The position numbers and the translations under genes were made by a program. Below are positions 12,301 through 22,947 of a stretch of DNA of 64,000 bases, in pieces. Numbering within the stretch: position 1 is the stretch's first letter; the number at the start of each line of letters is the position of its first letter. Origin of the DNA: Vicugna vicugna (Eukaryota). Below the pieces are notes generated by a model, which made no database searches, was not told the origin of the DNA, and saw nothing but the letters and a program-made list of their open reading frames with translations. The stretch covers positions 124,001 to 188,000 of the forward strand of contig MU058387.1 of the NCBI GenBank assembly GCA_013265495.1. Direction: 5' to 3'.

Positions 12301-13497
12301 ATACCTTATTTAAAAGTGCACATCGAATAACTTTGAAACTTATCATGACAATTTTTATCTATTACCTCTATAATGTATTATACATATTTTTAACTGTCAC
12401 CGTTACAGATTCTCTTTAATTTTACAGTGCCGCATCCTTGCTCCCATCTTAAGTACTGTGCGCTTGCTTTGCATGTTTTTTCAATTATTTGCCTTCTCAA
12501 AATCATCCCAGGTGTCTATGTGTCACCTGTCCCTGTCTATCAGGATAATAAATGATTTGCATTCCAGTGTCCTTCCTGGTAACATCCCATGTTTCGTTGC
12601 CTCCCTTATGCAGTCCTGGGTAGGGCTGAAATGACTAGGAACAATTTTGCCCAATTTAAAACACATTTCTAGATCCATTCAAACCAGTGGTCTGGGCCAG
12701 GTTCTGCACTGATAGAGAAGGACAATACGGGGGTGGGGGGGGAGAAGGACTTGGCAGCTGCAAGGCAAATGCTACAAGTGCCAACGATGAGCCAAGAAGT
12801 GGAATCAGCAGCTCAGAGGCTTTTTTCAGGCAGACAGTTGAACAATTTCATTCCTCCCCACCTTACACTGCCCTCGCTGACGCTACTACTCATCGAGAAC
12901 TTTTCTGCTCATGTACCCAGATACTGAAGACATTCTTATAATCTATTCTTATATGATCAATTCTGCATGTCCTAAAAGAGGTTAAGGTCAAGTATAAACT
13001 CAGAGATTTCACTCATTCTCCAGCCTACACACAAAGTAATTGAAAAAGTATGACTATGTATCTTCAGTGTTCATCATTTCCTATATAAACACAACAGGTT
13101 TACTATCCTTTATCTAAGTCAATCGTCTCCATTAAAAAAAAATCGACAAATGAAAGCCTCCTATTTCAGGAATTTGCAATTTTTAAAATGTACCTTTAAG
13201 GAGGAGCATTATAGCATATTTTTGCCAGTATGAGCAGATCACACACCGCATTTCACCTTCATCTGCACAGGAACACCCCTCCACCCAACCTTGCAAAGCG
13301 GCTTAGGTGGGTAGAGTGTTCCCTTGAGGAAATGCTGTCACCTTCTGTGTGACAGGTGAAGGTGAGCTAATTACACCAGCGCTCACAGAACTGGTTGAGT
13401 TGCTGTAACTGGGAAGAAGGTAGGCTTTGGCATCAAATCTGCCCAAGACTGAATCTTGGCTGAGGACTTCTCAGGTGGCTATTTTAGAAAGACAGGA

Positions 13498-13835
13498 GGG
13501 AGGGACTGCCAAGATGGCAGAGTAGAAGGACGCGGTGCTCACCTTCTCCACAAATACAACAAAAACTACATCTATGTATGGAACTATTCATTCAAAATAT
13601 CTACTGAACTTTGGCAGAGTATCTCTTACTATCAGAACTACAAGAAAACAACATGTTTCTACTGTATAGCACAGGGAACTGTATTCAATATCTTGTACTA
13701 ACCTATAATGAAAACGAATGTACGTATGCGTATGCATATGACTGATACATTATGCGGTACACCAGAAATGGACGCATTGTAAACTGAATATATTTCAATT
13801 AAAAAAAATTAAAAATAAATAAAAATTTTTTAAAA
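13498..13835 (+). mobile_element. Bipartite L1: 5'UTR start (~13498-13647) fused to 3' end and polyA
   Basis: gggagggactgccaagatggcagagtagaaggac is an L1 5' start; it joins caacatgtttctactgtatagcacagggaac, an L1 3'UTR. TSD AGAAAGACAGGA (13486-13497) / AGAAAGTCAGGA (14024-14035). Confidence 0.8.
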
Positions 13836-13844
13836 AGAAAGTCA

Positions 13845-14023
13845 ACAGACAAGTTTCTACTGTATAGCACAGGGAAATATATTCAAGATCTTGTAGTAGC
13901 TCACGGTGAAAAAGAATATGAAAATCAGTATGTGAATGTTCATGTATGACTGAAAAATTGTGCTGTACACCAAAAACTGACACAACATTGTAAACTGACT
14001 ATAACTCAATTAAAAAAAAAAAA
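13845..14023 (+). mobile_element. Short 5'-truncated L1 3' end nested in the tail of the previous element
   Basis: caagtttctactgtatagcacaggg...ctataactcaatt+polyA; TSD AAAAGAAAGTCA at 13833-13844 and 14021-14032. Confidence 0.88.
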
Positions 14024-15139
14024 AGAAAGTCAGGAACATCCCTGGTCATTTGCATTTCCATATTAACATTACCAGATATATATGTTAAAAAGTTTTATTT
14101 ATTAACTTCTCTGTTACTACAAGTCACTTTTTTTAACTTCACCTGCTTACTTTTACTACTTTTTGTTGTTTTGTTTTGTTTTTCTTAGCAATTCACCTAT
14201 AATCGTTTTCTCAGGGGTCTCTAAAGTTGGCCTTCCTGTTTGTATAGATTTTTCTCCATTCCTCAGTTTATCGGAAATGTTGAACTGACTCCTTGTCTCA
14301 TGAACCCTTTACGGTTCCTTAAGAAGTCTGCACTCTGCTCCCGTCTTCTTTTGTTGCATCACTCGCTTTGGCAATGGCTCTGAGACGCTTGCCCGGGCGG
14401 CTGTTGAGGTGGTTACTCTCCTACTCACAAGGATGCCCCCGAAAAAAGCCACGTGCCCACAAGGCCAGCTGAAGGACTACTTCTGACCTGAGCCTGTGAG
14501 AGTCCTTCCCACATCAGTTTCTTGAGTGATGGAGCAAAATGCAGTAACTGCAGCGAGACCCAAGCTGTGCACCATGTGCCAGCTCTGCCCTACATCAGCT
14601 GTCACATTCCTGAGTCTGTACCTTATTTCTCTGACGCAGTCCTTGCCCTCAGTTGTGACACTCTTATGAACATATTTACATTTTTAAGAATCCTGAGAAA
14701 AGAGTCTAGGTGAATTTCTGAACTTTGTAGCAGTGGGTAGTTTTCAAGGTCTTTTGATCCTTTATCCTTAAAATGGTTCATTTTGAACAAAATCCCCTGC
14801 CACTAGACCGAATCAGACTTGACCAGGTCTCAAATTCAATTATGTTTCAGGTGGATGATGGCTTTCCTGTGCATGTTTTATAAACCACCTGTTTACGTCT
14901 GCAGCAAACTTCATCTTCGTAGTTCCCTCTTTAACTGCATCCCATGACTACCCAACACTAGTGCCAGTTATGCCTGGCACAACTCAAGGGGGCACTGTTG
15001 TCACAGAACAAAAGTTACGCAACCTTCGCCTCTGGACTTGGCCTGGCCAGTGAAGCCATTTTCTTCATGACTTGCCCTGATCTACCTCTCCCGCTTCGCC
15101 TCCTTCCGCTTGTCCTCGTCTTACACACAGCGTCTGTGC

Positions 15140-15450
15140 ACAATGAACTGCCTTTTCCTAAAAGCACCAGGCTCTAATGCCGTGACCTCGCACACACGGC
15201 TGGTCTGTACGGGATGTCGCTGCCATCTCATCCACCATTTCCACTCTTCAGTCTTTCAATTTGAGTCTCCTCCTCTGTGAAGATTTCTCTATAGAGGTGA
15301 ATAGTCTTTCCTCTCCTCCCTGATCATCTCATGCCTAAATCAAAATTTCATTTGTCTCAGGGTCTGTCCATCTCCCCTCTGGACTTTAAGGACCTTTGGG
15401 AGGAAGCTGCGCCGTGGTCACCTCTGACCCACAGTGCTTGGCAGGGACCA
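15140..15450 (+). mobile_element. L2 3' fragment
   Basis: tctcctcctctgtgaagatttctct...gtctgtccatctcccctctggact...cacagtgcttggca. Confidence 0.55.
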
Positions 15451-15499
15451 GCCACAAGGGAATTCTAAAAGGACTCACGGGGCAAACTCAGAAAACAGG

Positions 15500-15715
15500 C
15501 TCCCTGACTTCCACTGCTGGCTCCAGCCTTCTGCCACTAACACACTGTGTGACTTGGTCAAATTGCTTAACCTCTCTGTGCCACACTTTCTTTAAGAGTA
15601 AAATGAAGTTTGTAGTAGTATCTGCATATAGAGTAATTGCAATTAGTAAAGGAGTTAATACATGTCATGGGATTAGAATGTTGGGACATAAAAAGCACAT
15701 TTAAATCATTAGATC
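15500..15715 (+). mobile_element. MIR SINE
   Basis: ctgccactaacacactgtgtgacttggtcaaattgcttaacctctctgtgcc (MIR core). Confidence 0.88.
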
Positions 15716-15782
15716 TTAGAATTAATATTGTTATAATTATTATGGTTATTGTATTATTATCTCTCTCACATATTGCCAACAG

Positions 15783-15890
15783 GTAGTTCTCAAAATCTTG
15801 TGTGCATAAGAATTACTAGAGAAACACTTTTAAAATCCAGAATGCAAGGCTTTAGGGTCCTGGAATCTGCATCTTTACAAATAATTCCAC
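15783..15890. mobile_element. MER5-like hAT-Charlie fragment
   Basis: gtagttctcaaaatcttgtgtgcataagaatt...ctggaatctgcatctttacaa. Confidence 0.65.
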
Positions 15891-15980
15891 ATTTGTAGAC
15901 ACATTCTAATACTGTGATGATTCAGGGGGGATCATAAAATGTCACATAAAGATTATGCTGTATTCTTTACGATGGTTAAT

Positions 15981-16003
15981 ACACACACACACACACACAC
16001 ACA
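15981..16003. repeat. (CA)n microsatellite
   Basis: acacacacacacacacacacaca. Confidence 0.95.
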
Positions 16004-16633
16004 ATTCAGATTAGAAATGCTTTTAACCATTCAAATTAAAGCAAGCTTTTTTTCCCCTACATAATCATCAGTGTCAGAAATTTGTATTTACCTGAACATT
16101 CATTCTCTTTCTTTATCATGTTAGGTCATTTAAAAATCTAATTTTGGTGTCTAGAATTTATAACAATAATTATATCTCATATGCTTATTTGAAGCATTTT
16201 TTAATTTAAATTCCATCTTTCACTTACTTTTTTTGCAATTTTATACATCTTTTATAGATAAATCTAGACAATTAAGCAACAACAAAATAAAATTAACTTT
16301 GGTGTGTTGATAAATAAAATATGCAAGGGGAGACCAATAAAAAATCAGTTTCTTGCTAGTTTTCTTGCACTGTAGGTCAAACAATAAATTATCTTGCCCA
16401 ATATCTGCATTTTAGTTGAAATTCTGGAAAATTCTATCTTACCATTTATTGTATTCAAGGCAGGTGCTGTTTGCTATAAAAGCTGGCACACAGGAGAATG
16501 GATTTTCAAAGCTAACAATTTTGAACTTCAGACAGAATTTCATACTGATTTTTATTTGACATGTAAAATCCAGTATAAAACTCTGATAGCACAGTCCCTC
16601 TATAAGATACAAATACTATAACTGAAAAGTTAC

Positions 16634-17926
16634 TTTTTAATTGAAGTATAGTCAGTTACAATGTGTCAGTTTCTGGTGTACAGCACAATATCCTAGTCAT
16701 GCACATATATACATATATTCATTTTCATATTTTTTCATTAAAGGTTATTACAAGATATTGAATATAGTTCCTTATCCTATACAGAAGAAATCTATTTTTT
16801 ATCTATTTTTATACGTAGTGGTTAACATTTGCGAATCTCAAACTCCCAAATTTATCTCTTCCCACCTTCTTCCTCCAGTAACCATAAGATTGTTTACTAT
16901 GTCTGCAAGTCTTTTTTTTTCTGTAGATGAGTTCATTAGTGTCCTCTTTTTACTTTCTTTTTCTTTTCTTTTTTTTTTTTTTTAACATTCCACATATGAG
17001 TGATTGTGGGAGCCCATGATTGGGTTAACAAATTGTAACAGATCCCAGCTGCTTATCTCCTTAAAGAAGCTGTGCTCAGTAACTGCCTAGAGGTTTTAGC
17101 AATGACCCAGGCCCCCGGCTACAAATGCTGGGTGTGCTTGCTGTTAGTCTTCCATCCCCAGAACAGCCTTGGGCTGGAATGGTAAACAACTTATAAAAAG
17201 CTGCAGACTCAGAGGGGAGAAGGCTGGTTAGCCAATGACAAGTAAGATCCCCTGAGGGGGGCAACCTAAGACAGGCACAGCCGCCTGAGTCCAAGTTGTT
17301 AAGCAGCTGATTCTCACATGTTCGCCCTGATGAGCTGAAAGGCTCAACTGAACATGATTCACCAAAAAGCGTCTTCTGACCTTGAGCCAAACACCAACAA
17401 TAAACAAAGCCTTTGTACTCACTGTGATCCCACCCTGTCCTTCCCTCAATTCCTGCATTCCTCCTTTGACTGTGCTCAGTAAAGATGGGAGATTTGAGAG
17501 GCTCGGGGAGTTGGCTCCCCACTCCCTCTCGCTCTCTTGGCTTTTCCACAGAGTCTTGAGTAATCCATTCCGTCTCGGTGGGACTTCTGCCGGCCAGAAC
17601 CCACAACTGGTGACAAACCCACAAGAGATATCATATGGCATTTTTCTTTCTCCTTCTGGCTTACTTAACTTAGAATGACAATCTCCAAGTCCCTACATGC
17701 TGTTGCAAATGGCATTACTGTATTCTTTTTTTATTGCTGAGTAGTAGTTCATCATATAAATATACCACAATCCGCTCCCGGGCATATATCCAGCAGGAAC
17801 TCTTAATTCAAAAAGATACATGCACCCCAATGCTCATAGCAGCACTATGTACAATAGCCAAGACTTGGAAGCAACCTGAATGTCCATTGATAGATGACTG
17901 GATGAAGAAGTTGTGGTATATTTATA
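16634..17926 (-). mobile_element. L1 3' end with 5' inversion, interrupted by an LTR
   Basis: Antisense 3'UTR at 16634-17004 and 17630-17770; sense ORF2-end segment at 17771-17926 (QKDTCTPMLIAALCTIAKTWKQPECP). Confidence 0.9.
17005..17623 (+). mobile_element. Solo ERV LTR (possibly ERV2/betaretrovirus-like) inserted in L1
   Basis: TGTGGG...CCCACA inverted termini, TATAAAA ~17192, AATAAA ~17399, flanks AGTGAT/AGAGAT (6-bp TSD, 1 mismatch); the L1 resumes in register. Confidence 0.85.
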
Positions 17927-18058
17927 AAAAGATTTTTTTAAATCAATTTGAGTGTATGTGTTCTTCTTGTTGAATGCATACAGGAATGCCCAGTAAATAA
18001 TTAAAGAGAAAACATGGGTTAAAGAAAGGTGTAAGTTCAACATTATGACTGAGAAGTA

Positions 18059-18256
18059 ATTTTTTGACTGGCACCTAGTCAGTTCACAATGTTGCGTCAA
18101 TTTCTGGTGTACAGCTTAATGTTTCAGTCGTACATCTGCACACGTGTTCATTTTCATACTGTTTTTCATTATAGGGTTACTACAAGATGTTGTATGTAGT
18201 TCCCTGTGCTATACAGTAGAAACCTGTTTATCTGTTTTATATGTAGTAGTTAGCAT
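18059..18256 (-). mobile_element. Short L1 3' end
   Basis: tagtcagttcacaatgttgcgtcaatttctggtgtacagc...ccctgtgctatacagtagaaac; TSD CTGAGAAGTA at 18049-18058 and 18257-18266. Confidence 0.9.
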
Positions 18257-18679
18257 CTGAGAAGTATTTTTAATGTATGTATTTCTGTGATAAGTTGCTT
18301 TTGAGTCTAACATTCCCAGACCATAGTTCCTTCCTTGAGACTCTTGAAGGTAGACAAATGTAGACACGATGAGAAATTAGGAACTGCAGTGTAAGTCAAA
18401 AGAACTCTTACCAGGAAGAGATAGTCCAGACTTAATTTTAAGCCGTAATTCTCCCTATTCTGTACTTTAACTTGAAATTCTCCATTTAATACCAAGAGAC
18501 ACATTCAAGTATCCAAGAAATGTGGAATACAAGACAGTAAAAGGCTTACCTGTAAGTAGAACAAGTTAACTTTCAAAAGAGATGGCTGTGTTACGTTTGG
18601 CATCGTGTTTTAGGTTCCATCTTTCTTGGCTTTTGCTCTTAACAGTACCTTATAAGACAACATTCCTAAGGTTTGTTCT

Positions 18680-19065
18680 CCTCTTTAATAAATACGTTTT
18701 CAGCAACTACTATGTGCCCAGCACTGTTGTAAATGACGGGAAGAGAAAAAAGTCAAAGTCCCCACCTGCACGGAGCTCACATTCTAGTGCTGGAAAAAAC
18801 ACATATTAACGTAACAATTCACGAATACATGCCAGATTCAGTGAAAAATGCTAGGAAGGAAAATCATTCAGGGTAATGGGAGGGGGGAAGGGGCGCAGGC
18901 AATATGGTAGGAAGAGGAGTCAGGACCATCCAAAGAAAGAACTTTTATGTGAGACAGAAGTGAAGTGAAGGATTCGTCTTGTAACTGTCTGCAAGGAGAG
19001 CTATAAGCCACGTGGCTGCGGGGGGGAGAAGGCAGAGGGACAAGCAGGTGCAAAGACCCCAACGG
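18680..19065 (-). mobile_element. L2 3' region
   Basis: aataaatacgttttcagcaactactatgtgcccagcactgttg...ggagctcacattctagtg...caggtgcaaagacccc. Confidence 0.85.
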
Positions 19066-19477
19066 AAAATGTGTTTATGAAATTCAACCTTCTGACTTCT
19101 CTATTTGCTGCCTCTTGCTGCCCTACCTGCTTAGAAATTCGGAAGATTAATCACCTTCTAGCTTTTCACTGTCTGCCCCAAAGGCCTAAATTTTATTTTC
19201 CTTTTTGTTTTTCACTAATTTGCTAAAAATAATGACAAAATCAGTACATGACTTCTGGCAAAAAATTAAAATTATATAACAAAAGTTCCCCTCTCCAGGC
19301 CCATCCCACTCACCTTATTTAAAGAACCATTTTAGTTGCTTTTCATACTTTATTTTTCATTATTTTTTTGTATTTATATGCATACCTCTATACATATATA
19401 GTATGTCTGGGGGAGTTTCTGTGTCTGGTTTGGCATATATATACATATATACTCTATGTGTTTACTATGCTGCCTTA

Positions 19478-19562
19478 TTTTTTTAACATCTTTATTGTGG
19501 TATGGTTTCTATATAGTAAACTATACATATTTCAGATGTACATTTTGATGAATTTTGATAGA
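19478..19562 (-). mobile_element. Old L1M 3'-terminal fragment
   Basis: ttttaacatctttattgtggtatggtttctatatagtaaactatacatattt...gatgaattttga. Confidence 0.65.
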
Positions 19563-19926
19563 GGTATACAGCAATATTCTGCCTTATTTTTTTCAATCAA
19601 AGAGTATATCCATGTCAGATTGCTAAAGCTTTATATACCTAGAATTAGCACTCATTTCTGCTCATAATCAGGTAAGAAAAACAAGTCCCACTGCTCGACC
19701 CCTATTATTTCTACCTTCCTTGTTTAACCAGTGAGTTCACTGTAGTGAATTCAGTCCAAATAGGTACTGAAACTGAATTCCTATTTATATCTACCAGGGA
19801 GAAAATGTATTCAGAGTCACCATTGTGACTCCCCCACTACTCTGCCTTCTGACTCCAGCTACTAAATATCTATTAAAAGGTTTCCTTTCAGACAATGTTT
19901 ACAAGTTCACGATGCTTCAGGAGGCA

Positions 19927-19998
19927 CGACCCCATGACCCCATGACCCCATGACTCCAGGACCCCAGGACCTCATGACTCCAGGACTCCACGACCTCA
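19927..19998. repeat. 8-bp minisatellite, 9 units (consensus nGACyyCA)
   Basis: cgacccca tgacccca tgacccca tgactcca ggacccca ggacctca tgactcca ggactcca cgacctca. Confidence 0.92.
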
Positions 19999-22606
19999 CT
20001 GGCCAGGATTTAGATTCTCTTTTCTTATGTCTAGTAAATTGTTTTGTTTTGGTGCCTCCAGCTGCATTTTTTCTACAATCAACGCAAAGCAGCCAGTTTT
20101 GTTTTATTCCGATGGTTACAGGCTCGAGAACACCCAAAGGAATTTTACACCTTTTGTCTGCTTGGCTCTTTGCACTGCCCAGGGCTTCACAAACAATTTT
20201 AAAATACAGTTATGATGCTTTCCTCAAAGCACATTTTAAAGTTTTTCATTAATGGTTTTTCAGGTTGTTCCACCAGACTAATACAGAGAACCAAAAATAA
20301 AGGAATCATTTTTTTTAACTTCCATAAGTAAGAAGGTTTACGCTTTAGTAGGTCAAAGGGTTCTAAAAAGGCATTTGCTTTTTTCCTTTTCAAATTTCGT
20401 GAGCAACGTACAAAAAGGCTCCCACAATATTCACAATTACGCTTCCAATTTTCTTCCCGCAACTAATTAAAGATAGAAAACTTGCACCCACAAGCAGCCA
20501 CAATGACCACAGAATGACAATGAAGTAGCCTACGGTCACAGTGATTCATTATGCCTGAAACGTCTGCAATTAAACTTAATGGAGGGGAAATAGGCCTCTC
20601 TTTATATGCGGTCCTCTCCTTTTTTTTTTTTCCCCCGTTGATTCAATCACATTATTAAACACAAAGAAGAATATATTTTCTCTAAAACTCACAATTTGAC
20701 TCCAGTGTCTGTTAACTCAAGTTAACACAAATGAACTCAACTATCTGTTTTCAGCAGTATTTAGAGAAATCAAAGATAATTGTTATTGATTCTCCATATA
20801 TGAATATGGGATAGGGCGGAGAAAATCAGGATGAAGGTGCAGTCCAGTAGAAAGGACTGTAAAATTTTCTAAACACACAATGGCAAAAGCAAGTTCCAAA
20901 ATAGCATTATAGACCCTATAAAATATTCTTTAGAGTCTGGAAACAGAGCTGCTGTGATCAGACACATCCCCTCCTGTGTACTTTGAAGAATAGGAAGAAT
21001 GTCCATAAACACTAGCAAGAAATCATCAGTTAAGCTGACCTTCACAAATTGTTTCATAAGCCTTTAGGCTACAAAGATCCCATGAAACCAGAAAATAAAC
21101 ATAAACCATTCCACTGTTGCCAGCATCTCCTTTGCCTCCTTTGTTTTCAGTCGCACGGAACACTAAAGGACCACGGAATGCGCTAGACTGCACCCTTTCT
21201 AGATGTGGTAACTGAACAGCAGGTTTTCCTTCATACCCAGCTCACACATAAATATAAGTTCCCACTGTGTTGACCCAAAAGTAAAGACATGGAAAATATC
21301 ACTCTTCTCGGCGCACTGTGGGATTCTCACTGTGGCCACCTTAAGTTCTTCTGTGGATTCAGGATGAATTCAGAATACATTCTGTCCAGAATTTAGAAAA
21401 AGAGTCTGCCATCATTTTCTAGTGGAATCAGCTGTGGCCCCTAAGGACAGAAATCTCATCAGAAAGTTACTGAGTTCTCTGAAAAGGCAAAACAACAGCA
21501 AAAAGAAGGGAAAAAAAAAAAAAACCATAGCTGAAAGTTTTCAATTCATCTTGCAAAAATGCTAGAGTAATTTTTGGCAGATGAATTCAGGGTTTTTTAA
21601 TTATTTAAGTACCTACTATGATATCTGAAATATTTTACTGATAAAATTTTAGTTTTGGGGGGAATCTTAAACTATATTTTGTTACTTGATGATAGCATTA
21701 TGATATAAACATCTTAAGAATATTCAAGACACAATAGTTTATAAGGCCGAGATTTCATAAAAAAGCTATACAAAGATTCTTCCGGCCAGTAGGAGTCAGA
21801 ATGGATCCTTAGATCTTCTGAAATTGTATTTTTTACCCTCCCTTTTTCCTTTGCAATTTTGTTGTTTATTCTAATTTTATTCCTTCCATGTATTTACTTC
21901 ATCAACAAATATTTACCCAAGACACGTATTTTTTTGCTAAGGTACTATTCCAGGCACCTACCTGGACACAAAAAGGAAAGTAAGACAAAAGTTTCCCCCA
22001 CTATATTTTAATGTAAACTGTGATATGTCAGAAGGTGCTAAGTGTCAGGGAGAAAACGAAATCAAGAGTTTGGGCAGAGGGTGATTGTAATTATAATGAT
22101 GGTAAGGACACTCTGTCCCATGGGACCAAAGGCTAGGTTAGCTCCACTAACAGTAACTGAAACTTCTCCTGTGGTCACAGGCCGACACTCAAGCAGATCC
22201 ACTTTACAAGCACACAGACATGGCTGTTTATCCCACACAGCTGTTAATTACGTGTGGCTTCCCCTCTGATTAATTAAATGTGGCCTTGACCTTTGTCCTT
22301 TCTTTGCTTCATGTTACAATCCTTGCACCAAGCCAAACCATTTTTTTTTAATGGATTCTTCAACTCCCTTTGGTACTCCTGGCGGTATTCAATTACATTT
22401 TTCAATTTTCTTGTTTTTGCTCCTTTCGGTGAGAGACACGTAGCACTAATGTGAATTCACTATCTGAGAAAATTATCCATTTTCTTATCCAATCTCCTGT
22501 ACTTGACAGGTTGTCCCACTGTGCAGGAGAACACATGACTTTACAAAGTATATCTTGTCTAGTAAGGCATTCATAGAGCTGGAACCGAAATCAGGTGTCA
22601 TCTCAA

Positions 22607-22782
22607 ATAGTTATTCTCAACCCTGGCTTCATTTTTGCATCACCTGGGTAGCTTTAAAAATATTGATGCCTGGACCACACATCGAGTTTCATTCAATTAT
22701 CTAAGGTAGGACTCAGACACTGGTATTGTTAAAAATCCCCCTAGGTGCTTCTGTCGTTCAGCCGAGGACTACAAGACACTGG
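22607..22782. mobile_element. MER5-family hAT-Charlie MITE
   Basis: ttctcaaccctggct...atcacctgggtagctttaaaaatattgatgcctgg...ctaggtgcttct...gacactg. Confidence 0.8.
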
Positions 22783-22794
22783 AATGAAACATTT

Positions 22795-22947
22795 TTGCTC
22801 AGAGTGAGCCAGCAGCACCAGCATTAACCTGGGAGACTTTTAGAAACGCAGAATCTCAGGTCCCATCCCAGACCTACGCAGTGGGAATCTGCACTTCTAA
22901 CCAGATCCTAGGTGATTTGTATGCATGCTAAATTTAAGAAGCACTGC
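22795..22947. mobile_element. Second adjacent MER5A-like MITE
   Basis: cagcagcaccagcattaacctggga...gcagaatctcaggtcccatcccagacctac...ggtgatttgtatgca...aagcactg. Confidence 0.8.

Noticed and set aside
17076..17678. 182-, 137- and 98-aa ORFs
   Set aside because: They lie within or overlap a solo LTR, with no recognisable gag, pol, env or sag similarity.
17734..17973. ORF with L1 ORF2 C-terminal motif
   Set aside because: Inverted L1 fragment, not a gene.
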